The notes below the pieces were generated by a model. It made no database searches. It was not told where the DNA came from and was given only the letters and a program-made list of their open reading frames with translations. Both the position numbers and the translations under genes were made by a program. A stretch of DNA of 64,000 nucleotides, taken from NCBI GenBank assembly GCA_008632985.1, contig QPGO01000251.1, positions 1-64,000 on the forward strand, read 5' to 3'. Within the stretch, counting starts at the first letter, position 1, and every line of letters starts with the position of its first letter. The stretch is from Psammoneis japonica (lineage: Eukaryota). This document shows positions 1 to 13,270 of this stretch, piece by piece.

Positions 1-1770
1 TGGAACATCCAAGTTGCCTTCGCCAATAAGGTTTCCTTCATAACCTTGCTGGTGAGGGTCGGTGTGCCTTCGTTCGTCTTCCATTTCTCCGTGAAAAAGC
101 AGTGTTTTCCTCCCATTCGCTGTCTCGTACTTTGTTTCTGGGCGAGAATCTACACCAGTCTTCAGATCGAAAGAGAACGAGAAACTACCGGCTGCACTTG
201 TCGTTTCCGTAGTTTGCTCTGGCTGGTTTGGAGTGTCGACTGGATCGCTAGGGAAGAGTTGGAAGCCACTCGTTCCTTCGCCAGTCCTCGACTGCTGGAA
301 TATCTTCTCCAGCTTTTGTTGTTCATAAACCTCGCTGTTTTGAGAAGGTACCTCGGGCTCTGCCGACGGCTCATCCGATAAAGTGTCTGATGCCTTTGAT
401 TGGCTACCATCGTCCACGTACTCTTCTGTCTTTTCGGGTTGTACAACAAACTTTTTCGCTGACTCTTTTGTCGGGTCATACCTTTGCATCAAACTTGGCG
501 TTTCCCAGCCAGGTCGAGACGGACCATCGGTCGGTCCCTCGTCAGCTTCATCAGCTTCATCATCAGTAGTGTCCTGAACGTCTGAAAGCGAGTCGTTCTT
601 GGCAAACGCCGTCGGAACAGAGGACATGTCTGGGAATATTTCTGAAAGGATGCCCAGATTCGATGAAATGTCCTCTTTGATACTCCGGCTTTTGGATTCT
701 GTCTTGTCAAAAGGCGTGTCGATGCTTTTATGTTCAGAGTCGCTATCGCCTTCTCCGTCGATATCAATGGCAGAAGCAAACTCATCGGTAGTCGACGGAG
801 CGGAACGCTTCCTAGCTCCTACTTCATAAGCCTCTTCATCAGACGAATCTTCATCACTCGACCACGCATATGGTTTTGAGCTCTTCTCTTTCTTTTCTTC
901 ACGTAATTCATTATGTATGATGGACCCGGATGGAGCAGAGATAGCTCTGCTGTCGTCAGACTTGCTATCCACGTCGCTATCACTACTGCTACTCTCATCG
1001 TCTGACCATTTGTATGCACCAGATTGTGTGTGAATAACTTCTTCGCTACCAATCACTAGATCAGAATCTTCGCTGCTTTCACTTTCAGAAGAATTTGTAT
1101 AATCTTGTTCGTCAGCACTTCCTGAGTGTCGGTCGTCATCCTCTTCACGAAGTGACGCGCAAGTCGCTTCATTGAATGCAAGGTGCACTGCTCGATTTAA
1201 GAAGGGCTTTTGCCGAAACCCTTTTGCGTTGAGATCCGCATCTTTAGTTTCAACGACTTGCTTATTGGAATAATTTTCCCGTCGTTTCCGCATCCAACTA
1301 ATTGATTTGACAAATGCCGACCAATCATCGGCTCGGTATGGTTTCAAGTCGACGTGAAAAGCTTCTTCACCGTATCGTTGTCTGATGCGCAAGTGACGCG
1401 GTATCACATTTTGAAGCGATCTGTCCATTGGTGATTGTATCGCAGCGGTATCTTTGAGCTCTTGTTGTCTCGTTCGTTCGTCTCGCTCTATTGCAAGTCG
1501 TTCCAGAAAGTGAGGTTTTGCTTTTTCGACAATAAGTTTGCAGCCTTTCCATTTCACGTTATGATAGTGCTTTGAAATTATTTTCAATGCTGATAATTCG
1601 TTTTCATCGCTCTTTAATCGCCTGGCAGTAACGTAAAAGAACGACATGTCGGCCACGGCGCTGGTGGAGAGAATTTCGACACCGGACAATGCCCTCAGTC
1701 GACCACAAACGTCATCTGCTGTCAATCGCGGCGGATCTAATCCACCAATGTAAATTCTCTCTGTCTCCAT
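1..1770 (-). CDS. NOL8/Nop8-like nucleolar RRM protein, 3' end runs off the window
   Basis: Manual translation from the ATG at 1770 gives METERIYIGGLDPP...YHNVKWKGCKLIVEKAKPHFLERL, an RRM with a NOL8-like WKG...AK.FL.RL end, followed by long acidic/Ser-rich tracts. It is absent from the ORF track, apparently because no stop is reached before base 1. Confidence 0.7.
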   Translation of the reverse strand, partial: METERIYIGGLDPPRLTADDVCGRLRALSGVEILSTSAVADMSFFYVTARRLKSDENELSALKIISKHYHNVKWKGCKLIVEKAKPHFLERLAIERDERTRQQELKDTAAIQSPMDRSLQNVIPRHLRIRQRYGEEAFHVDLKPYRADDWSAFVKSISWMRKRRENYSNKQVVETKDADLNAKGFRQKPFLNRAVHLAFNEATCASLREEDDDRHSGSADEQDYTNSSESESSEDSDLVIGSEEVIHTQSGAYKWSDDESSSSDSDVDSKSDDSRAISAPSGSIIHNELREEKKEKSSKPYAWSSDEDSSDEEAYEVGARKRSAPSTTDEFASAIDIDGEGDSDSEHKSIDTPFDKTESKSRSIKEDISSNLGILSEIFPDMSSVPTAFAKNDSLSDVQDTTDDEADEADEGPTDGPSRPGWETPSLMQRYDPTKESAKKFVVQPEKTEEYVDDGSQSKASDTLSDEPSAEPEVPSQNSEVYEQQKLEKIFQQSRTGEGTSGFQLFPSDPVDTPNQPEQTTETTSAAGSFSFSFDLKTGVDSRPETKYETANGRKTLLFHGEMEDERRHTDPHQQGYEGNLIGEGNLDVP

Positions 1771-2388
1771 TTTCAATTTACGATTTCCTCGAGTTTAGAA
1801 TCTTTGCAGTCATTTGAGCAATGGTGATGATGTTCCGTTATTCATTCAGGGGTCACGACCATCCCATCACCGCTTGAATTGACAACATGCTAAGTATGCG
1901 TTCTGCTGTTCTGCTGCAGAACATGTTCAGTCAGCGTCGGTGGACTTTTTTGAGGACGAGCGGTTTTCTTCATAAAATAATAATGGTCTTCGCTACTGAG
2001 GAAAAGAATATTTTGCGAAAATTTTATTTAACAAACAGACAACTACAACGTCATTCTGCGTACGTACGTGCCCGTAGAACGGTGTAGGTTTTGTACGACA
2101 GTATTCTTTTCCGTAAACTTCAACGTTGTTTTTCTCGTTTCTCGTTGGTGGGCGTGCCAGCGCTTTTCGATGGTCGTGTCGCCGTGTCCGGTGTGTGCCA
2201 CTGTGGTGGACAAACTGCCGTTCGACTGACCAAGACACGACGGAAGCAAACGGTGTATTCTATTGAAGCAGCAGAGCGTTACTTGTTTCTTCATCTTGCA
2301 TTGTAGAGTAATAGACCCAAGGTTTCTTTATTGCAGCCCTGTTTTGAATTGAGGGACCGAAGAAACATAGAATTACAAAACTTTCACC

Positions 2389-3672
2389 ATGACTTCTCCG
2401 ATTCAGAGCAAGAATACCCAGAGCGAAGCAGGTGCTCTTCAGAGTAGCAAGAGCGATAAATTCGTTCCCGGCGGCCGTCCCCGCACTGGGAATGGCTCTC
2501 ATCAGGTTCCAGAGTTCCTTTATCAGCTCACCAAGATGCTCACAGACGATAACGATGAGATTATTGAGTGGTCACAAGCGCGCATCAAAGTGCATCACCC
2601 AGAACGTCTCGAGGCAGAAATTCTCCATAAGTATTTTCGACACTCCAAGTTCGCTTCATTTCAGCGTCAGCTCAATTATTTCGGATTCAGGAAGATCGCG
2701 GGCAAGGGCAAGATGTCGCCGTGCTCTTATGTCAACGATCATGCCACAGAAGATATACGTAGCTTGCTTCGCATAAAGCGAAAGACGAACGGGTCTGCCG
2801 CTCGCAAGGCCATGGGGATGAGGGAGGCTGCGGCCGCTGGCCGACGAAACGCAGCCAGCAGAAATGTCCTTTCTGCACCAGATGCGACGTTGAGTGGAAG
2901 ACCCGAAACCCAGTTCGCCAGGGGTGTCAATCACCAACCATTGAGCGCCCCTGCACGCCCTGGTAGTCTTCAAACTACGGCATCGTTGCTTCAAAACGGG
3001 GGGTCTATAGCCGGCTTGGGCCAACAGCAGCTGCAGCGCAAAGCATTAGGCGAAAGTCTGTTTTTCCCGAGTGAAAACGCTTTGGCAGCCCTTGCAGCGG
3101 AGCACAATAGACAGACGGCTGGCGAGCTTTCTAGGTTCAACCTTCAGCAACTCAGTGGTCAGTACGGTGGGATTGCTGCGATTCGGGACCCTGCAGCTGC
3201 GGCTGCTGCCTTGAGCCTGGCAGCGGCGGTGCCTCGTCCGGCAACCGCTGCTATGAATGCGGCGGTGGCGGCAGGTCAGAACACTAGTCTGTTTGAGTCG
3301 AGCCAGTTGAGCTCGCTTGTGAATGACGCTCCGGCCGCACCCGCTGCAAGAGCGCCACCGACCGTCTCGGGAGATGCTGTGGCGAGAAGGGTGTCGAGCC
3401 AGAATATTTTAAGCAGGCTTCCATCTTCCGGTACGATTTTTCCGGAAACTCTTAGTACGGCATCTCTCAGTCATTTGCTGGCTCCGAATAGAGTCTCTTC
3501 GTTGTTGAGTCTTGGAAACTTTTTGAGCCGGGACCCGTCGCTAGTCGATCTGTTGGGACAGCCCTCGGCGCCTCCGTATCCATTGGTGTCGTCGGCAGTG
3601 GGACTGGATCCGTCACAGCTTCAAGATGCTGCTAATCCTTATCGTCCTGCTAATGGAAGCAGCGGAAGTTAG
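2389..3672 (+). CDS. Heat shock transcription factor (HSF DNA-binding domain)
   Basis: [10 protein letters not shown]...IIEW...[22 protein letters not shown] is the HSF signature. Single exon with a low-complexity Ala/Ser/Gln tail. Confidence 0.95.
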   Translation: MTSPIQSKNTQSEAGALQSSKSDKFVPGGRPRTGNGSHQVPEFLYQLTKMLTDDNDEIIEWSQARIKVHHPERLEAEILHKYFRHSKFASFQRQLNYFGFRKIAGKGKMSPCSYVNDHATEDIRSLLRIKRKTNGSAARKAMGMREAAAAGRRNAASRNVLSAPDATLSGRPETQFARGVNHQPLSAPARPGSLQTTASLLQNGGSIAGLGQQQLQRKALGESLFFPSENALAALAAEHNRQTAGELSRFNLQQLSGQYGGIAAIRDPAAAAAALSLAAAVPRPATAAMNAAVAAGQNTSLFESSQLSSLVNDAPAAPAARAPPTVSGDAVARRVSSQNILSRLPSSGTIFPETLSTASLSHLLAPNRVSSLLSLGNFLSRDPSLVDLLGQPSAPPYPLVSSAVGLDPSQLQDAANPYRPANGSSGS

Positions 3673-4021
3673 TGTAGATAAATATTGCCAGTTTTGCTGT
3701 GGAGGGTTGTTAGAGTTTCTGCCCCGTCACTTTTTGTATAAAATATAATTTCAACATGGGGAGACCTGCTGCACTTCGTTTGTGCATGCAACAATGATAA
3801 TTGTAATAACGTTTTTGTTGCCTGGGAGCAATCTACCTCTCTACTAGAGTAGAGCATTATTGTGATTCTCGCTGCGAACGGATGTGGCTTCGGCATCATG
3901 CACGTGGCAAGGGACAGCGCAACTCGCTCGCGCCGCGAATTTTCAATTTGGTCTATTGAAACTTGTGGGCGGCGATCCGCGTGAACCATGACGATGTGAC
4001 GACGAGGTAGTGACGACAACA

Positions 4022-5296
4022 ATGGTGGTGGAAGAAGAACTGTTAAGATTAGGTGATCCTTCGGGCCACCAAGACGCCAAGTACTGGAATAAATGGTTCA
4101 AAGTTGTCTGCGGAGAGAAACATCAATCGTTTGAATGGTACTGCGGCACGAAAGAATTGTACAAGGTGCTTAAACACCATGGAGTTTCCGACACTGACGT
4201 TCGCGACCCTCGAATGATTCATCCAGGGTCTGGAAACTCCCTTGTTCCAATAGAGCTTCGAGACTCTTTCTATTTACCACATCGCCATGTTATTGTCGAT
4301 ATATCAGACGTCGCCTTACTAGAAATGCAACAGGTTCATGATGCGACTTCTTCATCATCGTCTGCTGCCGAGGACCATGCTCGAGTCATTGACTATATGG
4401 TCGGAGATGTGCTCCAGCCGCCTTTACCTATAGATGCTGATAGCTTTCACGTTTGGCTTGATAAAGGGCTCTTGGATGCTCTGTTTGACAATGCCGAATC
4501 GGAGAATGCTCGGCTGTGTTCAGAGCTCTTCGACGAAGCACATCGGGTTCTTCTTCCTGACCAAGGCATGATGTTGATTGTATCATTAGCAGAAGACCAT
4601 TCACTGCGCCTAATCGTGGACAACTGGACGCGTCAAGGTCCTAGAGCTATGTGGAAACCGACGCTTCATGTATGGGAGCTCGAACCTGTCAGTGGAGCCA
4701 TGCGCCCTTTTGCTTTTGTGATGGTGAAAAGCGAAAGGCGCCGACGTTGGAGGGAACAAAAGACAAGGAAATGAGAGCTGGATTCTCATTGGTATGGCAC
4801 AATGTCGGAGGTGAAACTTCTACGCATTCTATAGATGATTCCAATGACGTTTTCCGAGTTGTGAAGATTCGAGTGGATGAGTCTCGGCATAACTTTCAAA
4901 GCGGCAGGGTGACGGGATCGTTTGTCAAGTCGGAAGTGCCCCGTTATGTTCTGGTGACACTAGAAATAAAGCCAAGAGACACAGAAGTAGATTTGTCGGA
5001 TCTTGGCCGCAGAGTTGTAGAGTCACGATTGCGGTCGACAGTTGCATCCGCAATGGCGAAATATCCAAGGGAAAGGTCATCAAGAATCGAGTAAAGGCGA
5101 AGTTGTACCAATTGGCTATGGTATATCGAAGCTTCTCTTGAGATGCGTTATCGATTCCGAGGATCTTGGCGATTTGATTGAGTGCCTTATGGACTGGGGC
5201 GGTGGCGACGAGGAAGATGCAATCCAAAGCGTCGACGTTGATTGGGAAAGCGCTGTGCAAGTTGCGTTTCTTGAACCTTGTCGAACCAACGCATAA
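4022..5296 (+). CDS. Class I SAM methyltransferase (eEF1A-KMT4/METTL13 N-terminal-like) fused to a C-terminal EF1B GEF-like domain; two apparent frameshifts (~4735, ~5030)
   Basis: YWNKWF..FEWY, HPGSGNS, VDISDVAL and DKGLLDAL are methyltransferase motifs. Downstream, LEIKPRDTEVDL and VPIGYGISKL...IQSVDV match the EF1B GEF fold. The product is spread over three overlapping frames. Confidence 0.75.
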
Positions 5297-5365
5297 AAGG
5301 CTAGTAGTTCAACCCAATAATTAACCATGCAAATGAAATTCTTACAATATTATAATACTGTGAAG

Positions 5366-6819
5366 TTATGAAGTTTCTTCATCTCGCTTGTCTGCGTCAA
5401 GACCCTGTGGAAAGTCCACAAATGGCATCGGCGAGTTAGCTAGTTCGCTCACTGGTGTGGGATCGACTGACTGGACAGGCGGGAGCATAGCGAGGTCTAT
5501 GAGCGAGGAGTCGCGGCTAAGCATGCCAAGAACTAGCGGTGCATCCATTTCTTCGGCAGTCATGTTGCTTTCAGAACCAATTTTCTCTGACGTTGAAGAC
5601 AACGCGGCACCAAGAGAGTTTCGGAAGTTGTTTGTGAGCTCGGAGAGACTGCTTTGTACGTCACCGCTGAGTTGGGGTGGATCAGGAAACGATAATTCTG
5701 TCTTCTTGAGAGCAGCTGTCGCGTTGCCGGTGGATGATATGTTAGTGTTAGTAGGAGTCTGTGGTGAATATCCGTGCCGTATGCCTTTCCCAATTGTCCC
5801 AGAGATTGACTGCGCTGGAGGATGCTTGAGATAGCCATTCAATTGGTGTTTCACACCTTTTCCAACGGCAATTCTAGCAACGTTAGAGGGGTTGGTACAA
5901 GACCTCTTGGAAGGGGGAGAAACGCTTTGCTGGAGGATCCCGGCTAACACAGGGTTAACAGCTGCGGCAGGCACACCATTTCTTCCACTGTTGCCAGCCG
6001 ACAAGGTATCGGCTTTAGAGTCACTTCGTTCGCGCTTCCGTCCATTCTTGTCTCTCGAGGTGGACACGCTGGTTTTTCTCTAGAGTAAAGTGGTGGGACA
6101 AGACGTGCATATTAGTTGTAAGCGACAGGTGTTCAGCGAGAGCGATGAATTCTGACACAACTGGACATACCTTTATCAACAACAAGCTTCGAAGATCTGA
6201 AGTCGTGGCGTCATTTACGTACGAGCACGGAGCCATTTTCCCCTTGCCAGCTAACTTCTTAAACCCGAAGTAGTTGAGCTGGCGTTGAAAGGATGCGAAT
6301 TTCGAATGCCTGAAGTACTTGTGTAAAACATCGCTAGCGAGCCGATAAGGGTCGTGAACCTCGATCTTCCCGTTAGTCCATTCGATCACCTCTCTATTGT
6401 CGTCGGTTAACATTTTCGTGAGCTGGTAGAGAAACTCAGCGACAGTATTGTTGTTTGCGACCGGAGTGGGAGCCGCGGCTGACTCACGGTCGAAGGAAGA
6501 GATGGCATTATCGGAACGGGGGCATTGTGCATAAGCATTGAAGCAGACGGAACAGTTGACACCGTCCTGCCAGTGGATTAGTAACAACAGGTCTAGGGTC
6601 AACTTCTGTCGCAATTAGAGGTGTCGGAGCCGGAGATACCGAGGCAGGTGCGGGCGAGGGCTCAAATGTACTCGTGAAAGGTAGAACTGAAAGTGGATCT
6701 GCTGTTGCTGGCAGCAAACTCAAACTATCCACATCTTCCAGTGACGACGAGGAAGACACTGTAGCTGGGCCCTTGCCCAGGCTGGTTCCACAGGAAGAAT
6801 CTATCCCCGAATTCGTCAT
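5366..6819 (-). CDS. Second heat shock transcription factor; intron 6080-6170; apparent frameshift(s) near 6480-6570
   Basis: [20 protein letters not shown]...[22 protein letters not shown]. Removing the GT..AG intron restores IKRKT as in the first HSF. Confidence 0.9.
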
Positions 6820-9399
6820 GTTTAATCGAATTCTGAATTTTCTGAGTCAACAAGTCCAATTCAAAGATACACTAAATTGATGGGTATGTGAGGGTGTAAC
6901 TGGAAAGTATCGTTTCGGCCACGATGGGCGATTTCAATGCTCTATCTTGGGGAGGAAGAGTGAAAAGGGGATGCGTTAGGGCTCAAACAGATAACGTTCA
7001 TACAGGTGTTGATTTCCGACCGGACTGAACACGTGATATGGTGACCTCTTCACTATCTTATGATTTGAGTTGCAAGACGAGTTACCAGCACATCATCGCA
7101 GCTACAAGCGGGAGAAATCAACAATGAGAAAGATCCTTACAAGATGACGACAACAGTTACCTTTCCAACTTTTTTCAAGAACTTCCTTCTAGCGACAAAA
7201 CTCCACCCCACTGCAGAAAAGCACTCCTCAGTAAGCTCTGTCTCGGTTAATAGCGATACATCTGTCCGTTGCGTTGCACCAAAACTGTTTCCCTCCGCTA
7301 TTTCCATTTCTGATGTGGAGACTTGCACAGGTGGCGCGATTTATGACGAAGGACACGTAACTATAATTTTTATCGGTATACAAAAGTTCTTATTCATGAA
7401 TAAAATACTCGTCAATTAATTTAGTGTATATTACGCGACACGTCAGCAAGAGTTTTTGAGTCACTCCCACATGGAAACGCCACCAACCCCCTCGGAGTCC
7501 TGTCGTAGATACGACTCGAGCTCTCGTTGGCGCGTGCACACAATGCAAACCGACACGCAAGAACTGACCCAACCTGAAACATTGTAGGTCCAGTCCTTCA
7601 CACATAAATGAATCCATTCTTCGTTCATGATGTGGCAGTTGCAGGTCAAGTGACCACATCATAGATTGCTGGAGACAACAATGTGGGCATGCATCGTGCT
7701 GCTGGTGAGGGTCTCTTCACAACAAGAACACGTGCCTGCATCAGCCACGCGCACTTCCTGGGGAGCAAGAAGAAGAATGTGGCAGCACAAATGGAACACA
7801 TGCACTCATTGTTCTTGTGTGGTGCTTTGTGTCTTCTGAAAGTGCCTGTTTGTCTTTAAAAGCTGCTGCTTGCTTCTCTCGACAAGGCAAGCTTGGTTTG
7901 TTCTTTTTTGTGTGAGCTTCGTCGTGGGCCCAGGGTTTTCGATCACAGAGAATTCCTTGTTCGACCCTGAATTTACTTGGATGAGGAAAGACAAGGGAAC
8001 CAGATGAGGAAAAACTAATTGTCATGATTTGCTGCATGGTTGCAACTGACATGATCATTTCATCTGGCGGTCAGCTCACATCCAGAGCAGCCTTTGGCTG
8101 CCAGCTCACTTCAGCACACCACATTCAACGTGCAAGGCAGACACCATTGGGCACCACATTCTTGAGGACAAAGAGACAACATGCTCCTGTTTCTCTCCAA
8201 TCTAGTCCACAAAAGCTCAAGTTAGGAGAAGCGTCATTCAGCAGATGCTCTCATCCATGAGGAGCTCCTTTTGAGCTTTCTCTGGCTGCCCGCATTGTCC
8301 ATTGTTGATGATGGCTGTCACAACCAGCTGTGTTCCGTGTGATGATGATGCTTGGCTGGCAGCTTGGGATCTTCTTGCTTTGGTGGTCATGCACCAAAAG
8401 CACGCACATCACCACTGCTGACATCATGTTCTGCACAGGACATTCTGCGTCAGATCTCAGCACAAAGATTTTTCCTTGTCTTCTTCCTTGTCTTGGACTG
8501 ACCACTTTGTTGCAATCAAAACCCCTGTGTGGGCCCTGTGCACACATTGGGACCTCTCTGTGGAGGTCTGCATGCACTTTGTGCCAGATTCTGTCTTGCA
8601 AACTGGGCTGTTTTTGGATTTTTGTTGTGGGGAAACTTTGCCAGTTTTGTGCATGTGGGCTGCATGCTTCAGAGCCACATGCAAAAATGTGCACGGAGCT
8701 CTGCAGAGGGGCCCCCATGCATGGAGCTGTCATGAGATGAGCAACAAAGGGCTCAGCTGAGTCAGCTGTTGTCTCAAAAATCGCAGTGCAAGTGCCAAGC
8801 CATCAAACAGAGGGCGTTGTGTGTGCAGGAGCCACAAACAACAACCAGCCAGACTCTTGGGTGGCACAGGTGCCAGGCTTTCACAGGAGACAACCATTGT
8901 TTGTCTCTTAACCCCACACACACCCAGCATTTTTTCTCTGCTCACATGCTCTCTGCTCTGTGGCAGAATTCTCCTGGGTTGTTGGCGGGGCTGTCCATTT
9001 TGTGATCCTCAGTCAGAGAGAAAAAGAGCATCTGAGGGGGGAACAATTTGTGCAGGGCCAAATCAAACAACATGTGGGTGTTGGTTGTTCATTTTCCCAG
9101 TTGGTTTTAGGTTCATTGTAATTTGGCTCCCATTGCATTTAATGGGGGCAGCCACACCGGCATGCTGCGTGAATGTGCAGGTCAATTGTTGCACCCCATT
9201 CTGTTCTGCAGCATGAACAATTCTGAGGCCATCACATTTTCCCTCTGTCCTCCATCAATGCATCCCTTTCTTGTTGATTTCTCCCATCTGTCCATGGCTG
9301 CTTCTGTTGTTGCTTTTTACAAATCACTGCCAAGTGTCAATTTAAACTGCTGCCTGTTGCTGCTGTGCATCTGGGAGCCACAAATCTGGCTCTTCAATG

Positions 9400-10250
9400 T
9401 TTTTGTTGTCCTTGTCCTTTCCCTTCCTCTGGCTGCCGTTGTCTTTTCAAGCTTCTTCTCTGCTGTTCATGCACTCCCAGAACTTTTTCAGCCCAACTTT
9501 GTTGCACTTGTCTGATGCCTTGCTCAACCTGTGCTTGTGAATCTGTTTCCCAATTCTTTGCACCTCTCCAATCCTTTCTTCTTCCAACCATGATTCCTTT
9601 TCACTTTGCCACCTGTCCCATTGCTCCATTTCACATTTGGATGAGCCCCTTGTCTCTGGCCTCCTTCAACTCTTCCTTCATTTTTCCATGCACATGTGCA
9701 CCCACTTGTTTCAATTGTTCTCTGCAACTGGCAGGTCAAATGCCTTGTTGCTTGCAGATGCCAACTTGTTCAAGCAACATCTTGATTTAAGCCAATGCTT
9801 CCACATTGTTTTTCCCACCACAATCAGCAGGAGGTGCACCATGGTGAAATGGCTTTGTGCCATTGTGTTGTTCCTCCCCTCCAGCATGTCCTCCAGAGAT
9901 GGCATCTTGGCATTTTCATCTGCTTGTGGGTTCCTCTTTGCATGATCCATGTGACCTGTGCACTTGCCAAACACCAAGCAACGCGTGTCAGCAATGTGTC
10001 AGTTTCCTGCATGCGGCACATTTTGTTTTGATGCAGCACTTGAGGAAGAGTTCTTTCTTCAGCTCCTCACTTGCATTGCTCCCATTTCTTGTCATTTGAT
10101 TTTGCACCTTGTCCTTTGATGTGCCCCAAATGTGTGCACTCTCTATTCTTGGGGTGTTGAGCTTGGACAGCACTCTCTTTGCAACCCTTCCATTGCTGTT
10201 GTACAGAAACTTGCACTGTCCAAACAATGCATTCTTGGAGCAGCTCTCCA
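9400..10250 (-). pseudogene. Fragmented coding relic of unknown, probably transposon-borne protein
   Basis: Protein-like fragments across frames (SEELKKELFLK, LASASNKAFDLPVAENNWNKW, GWKKKGLERCKEL, KVGLKKFWECMN) broken by frameshifts and TGA stops. Confidence 0.35.
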
Positions 10251-12139
10251 AAACAATCTTGTCCCTGTCACTTGTTTCATTGCTGCATCACTTTTTCTTT
10301 TGGTTCTTGCTCATGATTTTGTCTTGCTTTTCCATTGCAGATGTGGAGAGAGTCCCACCCATGACCACCAATGCGCCACTTTGGTGCATCACAGTTGTTG
10401 CTGGTGCATTGTTCTGGGTCTCAGCAACACGTCTCATCCCTGATCCATTCAGGACAAGCTGCAACTGCGGTGAGTCCAGAGTGCAATTGACTTGCATCTC
10501 ACTCAGTTGTCTTTCACCTCATTTCGCTCTGCAGGCTTTGAAATGGCACAGTCCCTGTCACTCAGCTCTGCATGGTGATGGATGCAAGTTGACTTGTTCA
10601 TGAAAAAGTGACTTTTGCACATGGTGGTGCAATGCAAATCAAGCGCCAGGCCACACGATGGTCCACTGACATGCCTGCCCCCCCACTCACACCTGCTCCA
10701 TGCATTTCTGCACACACACCTGATGTTCAAATTTCTGGCACAAGCTCTGATTGGTTCAAAGCCTCTGAAGATTTTGCAAGCTCAAATGAACATCTGTCAG
10801 TGTGATGCATGTCTCTCTCATGTGTGTGCACCGCATGCCACAAGCTTCGATGCCATCTGTCCTCCCCCCACACCCAGCAAGTGTCAGTGTCCACAGCTTT
10901 TCTGGTTCTTGACAAAAAGCATGTGCTGTGTCTGCAAAAGCAGCAACAACATTCAACAATGTGCTCCAGTGTCCACTTTCATGCCATGAAAACATTTGCC
11001 ATGCAACACAATCTCTGTTTTGTCCTTCTGCAACATTCTCTGACCTTGCCGGAGCTGTGGCCTTTTTTGCTTCAGAGCTTTCCTCACATTGCTTGTCCTT
11101 GTGGTCAAGAATTGTGTGCAGCCACTCAAATCAACATTTTGTTGGGTGGGTCATCATTGGGGTTGCCCTCTTGAATGTGAGTCATGATTTGAACTTGCAC
11201 TGGAGACATCAAAAGAAAATTCATCCAACCCTTCATGTCTTTTTTGTCTTGTTCCACTGAGACAGCATGCTTGGTTGGGTCCCCTTTTTTCTTTTCATCC
11301 AGCCAACTGTGGATGGTGTTTTTGTTTTGTTCCCAACCCGCAACTCATTTGGAGCCAACACCCTCTTGCAATGCAACCAAGATGAGGTGGCCCAGTGTTG
11401 TCTGGTTTCACAATGATTGGCCTGTCCATGCTCTGACACCATGACCTGGTGTAAGAACCTTTCTTGAGACAATCCTTTTCAGTCGCAGGCAACCATTTTG
11501 CACCCCATTTTTCAGTGCCAATGCACACTTTTTTAACAATCCTCTTTGCTCCATCTGTCTTCCAGCCCTGCAGAGCAGTGTTTGTGTTCAGCAAAGCATT
11601 GACAACCTCTTTTTCCTTTGCTGGAGACAACTTCTTGACCAACTTTTGAAGGTTTGGATCATCTTCACATGGAACCCCCTTTGTGTCTTCATTTGACTTT
11701 TCCATCAAACTGTCCTCATCTGGCATGTGCCCAACTGAACCAGTTGATGCTTTGGCCTTTGAATGGCTGTGGTCATCCACTGCTGCCCTGGTTGTTTCTT
11801 CTCCATTCTGAAAAGACACTTGAGCTGCACTGATGCACTTGGAACTTTGGCACAGCATGCACTCTGCCCACACAAACTGGCTCAAGTTGCTGACGTGGAT
11901 TGGAAGAAATGTGCAGTCTGCTCCTCCACACAAAATTGTTCTCCCACCTTGACGAGCCCCAGACATGCACCCAAATCTTCGTCAACTGCAATGCCATCAC
12001 AACAATGCCCTTCCAGAAGAGGTGGAGGAGCACATTTGCCCAAACCCTTGTTGCGTCAATCTGCCTGGAGTCATGTTCCCCAGCAAATTTGCTCCAAAGT
12101 GTCGCCCAAATTGCTGCAGTGCCGCAATTGACAAGTTGA

Positions 12140-13270
12140 GTGTTGCATCAGAAGCATCTTCTCCTGCTCCACCCACAAGGCATGTGGGGCAAGATGTTGC
12201 CTCTGATGAAGGCAACAAGGAAAATGATTTCCCCCAGATGTGACCTTCATGGAAGGGACCTCTTTTGTGGATGCAGACAAGGATGGCAACAATGGGACAC
12301 TTGGTTCTGAGTTCATTGACAATGACAACAAGAGTGGCGCAGCATCCCGTCACTTGCAACACAGTTCTTTGCTGCTGCAGCCAGGGCTTTGTTGCTCAAG
12401 AAGAGTCACATCCAACAAAAGAGGCAAAGATGAACCATGTGGCATTTTCAATGCAGGTGAAGAACAGAGGCCCAGCAGCATGTCATCCATGTCCTCTGGA
12501 GAGGACTCCGACAGTCACTCAGAAAGCACTTCAACGGCCATTGAGCTCCTTCCTGTCCCCTCTGACAGTGAAAGCAGCGACAACAATGATGAGGAAGATT
12601 AGAGTCTGCCTGCATGTTCTGATGATGCAGTGCATGACTCGATGTTTTTGCCGCCCAACAGCTCAGAAGAGGTGGGTTGGTCCTCCCCACCTCAAATGGA
12701 CAACATGGCGGGTCATTGCATGACACACTGCAAGCAACCTGGGTTGACTGCAACAACAACAAAGACTGTTCACAAACAACTGGGCACAACTGATGGAAAT
12801 GTTGTTGCGCTTTCATGTGCAGTCAAAGAGGAAAGATGGCTTCTGGAGCACCAACAACAAGACAGAAAGGGAGAGACAAGGGAGGCTTCCAAGTCAATTT
12901 CCATTGTGATCAAAAGCATTCTTGGAATGGCCCCACTGACCAAAGTCACCCAAAAGATGGGAAAATTGAAGATGCGTGGAAACAGATGGGATCTTAAAAA
13001 ACTGAATGCCTTGTGCATTTGCCTGGAAGCATGTCCTGGCATGGATCCCGAATGGATGCCCAGCTGATCAGATGGAGAGCAATCACAAGCACTTTGCAAA
13101 GGACCCCGGGTTCCAAGCCCAAAAACAACATTCGTTGTTTGCAATGCAGACAGCAAACAACCTGCAAGGAAAGATGCTGCCACAACTGCAAGGTTGGCTT
13201 TTGGCCTCTGCTTGAACCAAGTTCCAGCTTGTTTTCCTGGAGCCTGTTTACACAGCACTGGTCAAATGTT
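12140..13270 (+). pseudogene. Relic ORF with acidic N-terminus and C-terminal Cys-rich zinc-finger-like segment (possibly piggyBac-like)
   Basis: SDSESSDNNDEED acidic tract, then RCLQC...K..CCHNCKVGF...ACF. No catalytic core is recognisable, and some Cys may be edited Tyr/Arg. Confidence 0.25.

Noticed and set aside
4022..4774. Methyltransferase as the DNA-modifying enzyme behind the TpA signature
   Set aside because: Motifs (FEWY, DKGLLDAL) fit protein lysine methyltransferases; no DPPY/NPPY or PC catalytic motif of DNA methyltransferases is seen.
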